IMG/VR virus record: IMGVR_UViG_2795385694_000001
Reading direction: 5' to 3' (one strand)
From: a virus
Taxonomy: Duplodnaviria > Heunggongvirae > Uroviricota > Caudoviricetes
DNA length: 64,000 nucleotides
The notes under the pieces: model-generated
What the model was told of the DNA's origin: nothing
Databases searched by the model: none
What the model saw: the letters and a program-made list of their open reading frames with translations, nothing else
Shown here: piece after piece, positions 62,675 through 64,000 of the stretch
Layout of the letters: every line of letters begins with the position of its first letter
Position numbering within the stretch: the stretch's first letter is position 1
Program-made: the position numbers and the translations under genes

Positions 62675-63421
62675 TTAGCGCCGAGTGGTGAGCCCACCGC
62701 GCTCGCGGTCCTGCTTGATCTGATCGAGGATCGATGCGGTCATCGCCTCGTCCGAGTCCTCACTGGACCCGCCTCCACCACTCTGACCCTTACGAGGTCC
62801 ATCGCCCTGTGGCGCAGTATCTTTCGGAGCCTTCTGCGCAGGCGTCTTCTTGGTGTTTGACCCGCCCTCACTCAGGACGTCGAGTAGTTCTTGTGCGTCG
62901 GCACGCATCGCATCTTCGTCATCTCCCGTGATGCGGGAGGCGAATCGGACTGGAAGTCCAATCTCTTCGGCGATCTCACGCGCGAGATTGTTGCGATCGG
63001 TAGATGCTTTGAATTCGCGGAGCTGCTGAAGCTCATTTGCCAGAGTGGCCTTTTCAGCCTCCCAACGCTGCGCGTCGGTCTGACCGGCTGCCTCAAACTG
63101 CTTGAGGCGCTCTACCTCTGCCTTTAGTGTATCACGCTCAGCGGTAAGGGGATCGAGCTTGTTCTTACGATCACGCGCGAGGCGGTCAGTGACCAGCTTG
63201 TTTCCCCACTCGGTAGCGGCTTCCTTGCTCTCGAAGCTCCACCAGTTGTTTGCCGCAGGAGGGGTGATATCCGCTCCGTCATTGCCGGAATCGTCGCCTG
63301 CCCCAGCGTCATTCCCAGCATCCTCAGACCCGCCCATGATGGGCCAGATAGGGCCGCGCGAGGTGAAACCAATAGCCTGAAGGCCGGTGGTTGGGTGAAT
63401 GGGCATCAGTGATTCGCTCAC
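62675..63421 (-). CDS. scaffolding protein
   Basis: Glu/Ala/Arg-rich coiled coil (ERDTLKAEVERLKQFEAAGQTDAQRWEAEKATLANELQQLREF); Gly/Asp-rich N-terminus. Confidence 0.65.
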   Translation of the reverse strand: MSESLMPIHPTTGLQAIGFTSRGPIWPIMGGSEDAGNDAGAGDDSGNDGADITPPAANNWWSFESKEAATEWGNKLVTDRLARDRKNKLDPLTAERDTLKAEVERLKQFEAAGQTDAQRWEAEKATLANELQQLREFKASTDRNNLAREIAEEIGLPVRFASRITGDDEDAMRADAQELLDVLSEGGSNTKKTPAQKAPKDTAPQGDGPRKGQSGGGGSSEDSDEAMTASILDQIKQDRERGGLTTRR

Positions 63422-63472
63422 TGCATTCTCTTCTCTCCGAACCGTTTTCGGTCGTTCGTGAAACCGTCCTGG

Positions 63473-63988
63473 CTACGCAGCCAGTTGCGAAAGGCGCGTG
63501 TTCGCCCACTCCACCTGGGGAGAATTACGGCTGAATCCTGCGCCGAGGAGAGCTCGCGATCGGCTCTCAAGTTCTTTGCGCACCATGCCTAGATCGGGTG
63601 TGGTGCGCTTGAAAGGGGTGTACTGCTCGCGGAACTTCGCGGCCTGATCTTTGTTTGATAGCCAGTACCATTCGCGGGAAACCTTGTCCCACTGATCGAA
63701 ATAGAACTGAGCCTCTTCGTCGCGGATCGCTTCGTGCTTCTGTCCGAACGACTTCTCGCGCGCATAGACCGGACGCAATTGGCAGCGGCAGTGGTTGTGC
63801 ACCTTGGCGACATTCGAGAAGCCTTCGGGCAACTCTGGTCCATCCTTCGGTGCGATGAAGTCCTGGTCTCCCTTGGTTAGGGATCCGTTCCAAGGATTAG
63901 CTCGGCCACCCTTGAACGAACTCTTTCGGAAAACCGCTCCCCTACTTGCCAATAGGGCGCAGAACCAACAGGGGTTGCCATCGGTCAC
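63473..63988 (-). CDS. capsid morphogenesis protein (MuF-like or protease C-terminal region), probably 5' partial
   Basis: The ORF reaches the window edge; HNHCRC motif; synteny upstream of the scaffold gene. Confidence 0.35.
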   Translation of the reverse strand: MTDGNPCWFCALLASRGAVFRKSSFKGGRANPWNGSLTKGDQDFIAPKDGPELPEGFSNVAKVHNHCRCQLRPVYAREKSFGQKHEAIRDEEAQFYFDQWDKVSREWYWLSNKDQAAKFREQYTPFKRTTPDLGMVRKELESRSRALLGAGFSRNSPQVEWANTRLSQLAA

Positions 63989-64000
63989 GCGTGCATAGCC

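Overview
This window is a high-GC tailed actinobacteriophage (Mycobacterium-type, siphovirus-like) genome segment or prophage, shown in reverse orientation relative to the usual phage map. From 1 to ~7000 there is a + strand array of small, translationally coupled early or right-arm genes, each preceded by a conserved start-associated motif and separated by U-tract-less hairpin terminators. This is followed by a large serine integrase (7081..8481, +). From ~8500 to the window end almost everything is on the - strand: small accessory genes, then a ~5.2 kb RNA island (13.5-18.7 kb), then DNA-metabolism genes, lysis genes and structural genes. The RNA island holds about 24 tRNA genes, a phage-encoded tmRNA (ssrA, 18157..18510, tag ...SDYALAA), an ArfB-like GGQ release-factor-domain protein and a Pth2-type peptidyl-tRNA hydrolase. 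This is a compact ribosome-rescue and translation-support module and is the most notable system in the window. The DNA-metabolism genes are HNH endonucleases, a DEDD exonuclease, two WhiB-like regulators, a DnaB helicase, SSB, a ClpP-like protease and an Erf/RecT-like annealase with its exonuclease. The lysis genes are NrdH, lysin B, a holin candidate and lysin A. The structural genes are Gly-rich minor tail proteins, a 1916-aa tape measure protein, G/GT chaperones, major tail, connectors, major capsid, scaffold and a partial MuF-like gene. A 2.8 kb oppositely oriented (+) island (37110..39906) carries a Pol-beta-type nucleotidyltransferase whose ORF is interrupted by an in-frame TAG followed by 44 coding-like codons. 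A ~14-bp asymmetric motif (ACCCACATGAACC) recurs about 10 times at operon boundaries, often with its central ATG serving as a start codon. All calls are from manual reading of the sequence. tRNA boundaries and anticodons are hand-folded and should be confirmed with tRNAscan-SE or ARAGORN.
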